This document shows, one piece after another, positions 25,904 to 26,043 of a stretch of 26,043 bases of DNA. Each line of letters opens with the position of its first letter. The first letter of the stretch is position 1. The stretch covers positions 1-26,043 of the forward strand of contig JBGSMD010000065.1 in assembly GCA_041740355.1 (NCBI GenBank). The letters run 5' to 3'. The position numbers were made by a program, and so were the translations under genes. The notes beneath the pieces are model-generated. The model did not search any database. It was given only the letters and a program-made list of their open reading frames with translations, and had not been told where the DNA came from. The DNA is from Bdellovibrionota bacterium (GTDB taxonomy: Bacteria; Bdellovibrionota_C; UBA2361; CALJRW01).

Positions 25904-25966
25904 TATAGTGAGTCCAATAAATAAATTACTTTAAATGATTAACGATTTTGCTTGAACTCACTATTA
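25904..25966. repeat. Type B-related inverted-repeat element
   Basis: TATAGTGAGTCCAATAAATAAATTAC is nearly identical to 25085-25110; right arm TTGAACTCACTAT(25952-25964) pairs with 25905-25917 with one mismatch. Confidence 0.75.
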
Positions 25967-26043
25967 ATGTTGTTTTTAGCTATGCAAACTTGGATAAAAC
26001 CAAGATTTGCATTAGCCGTAATGACTCTATTCAATTTACTAAC

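Noticed and set aside
1-25966. Repeats as a CRISPR array
   Set aside because: Copies are dispersed between genes and in both orientations, with no regular repeat-spacer period and no cas genes

Overview
AT-rich bacterial window whose left 16 kb is a cell-envelope sulfate/glycan modification cluster. It holds a cysD-cysNC (NodPQ-type) PAPS synthesis pair, four exported sulfatase-fold proteins with Thr instead of the C/S-x-P-x-R formylglycine motif and a shared C-terminal L-x-x-LGY tail, one canonical Cys-type sulfatase, and three polytopic GT-C-like glycosyltransferases. No classical sulfotransferase or sulfate-reduction gene is recognisable. The right part has a type IV pilin-like gene, two modular secreted proteins sharing an unnamed domain, an NPP/phosphodiesterase fused to an N-terminal YIGPGAG-TM module, an AAA_14/DUF4143 ATPase and a DUF3592-like protein. 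Intergenic DNA carries a family of 55-80 bp TATA(G/C)-ended inverted-repeat elements in mosaic arrays, with conserved spacing and covarying arms. A separate ~215-nt G-U-rich fold-back (candidate structured RNA) lies upstream of the phosphodiesterase. All family calls come from motif recognition by eye; no searches were run.
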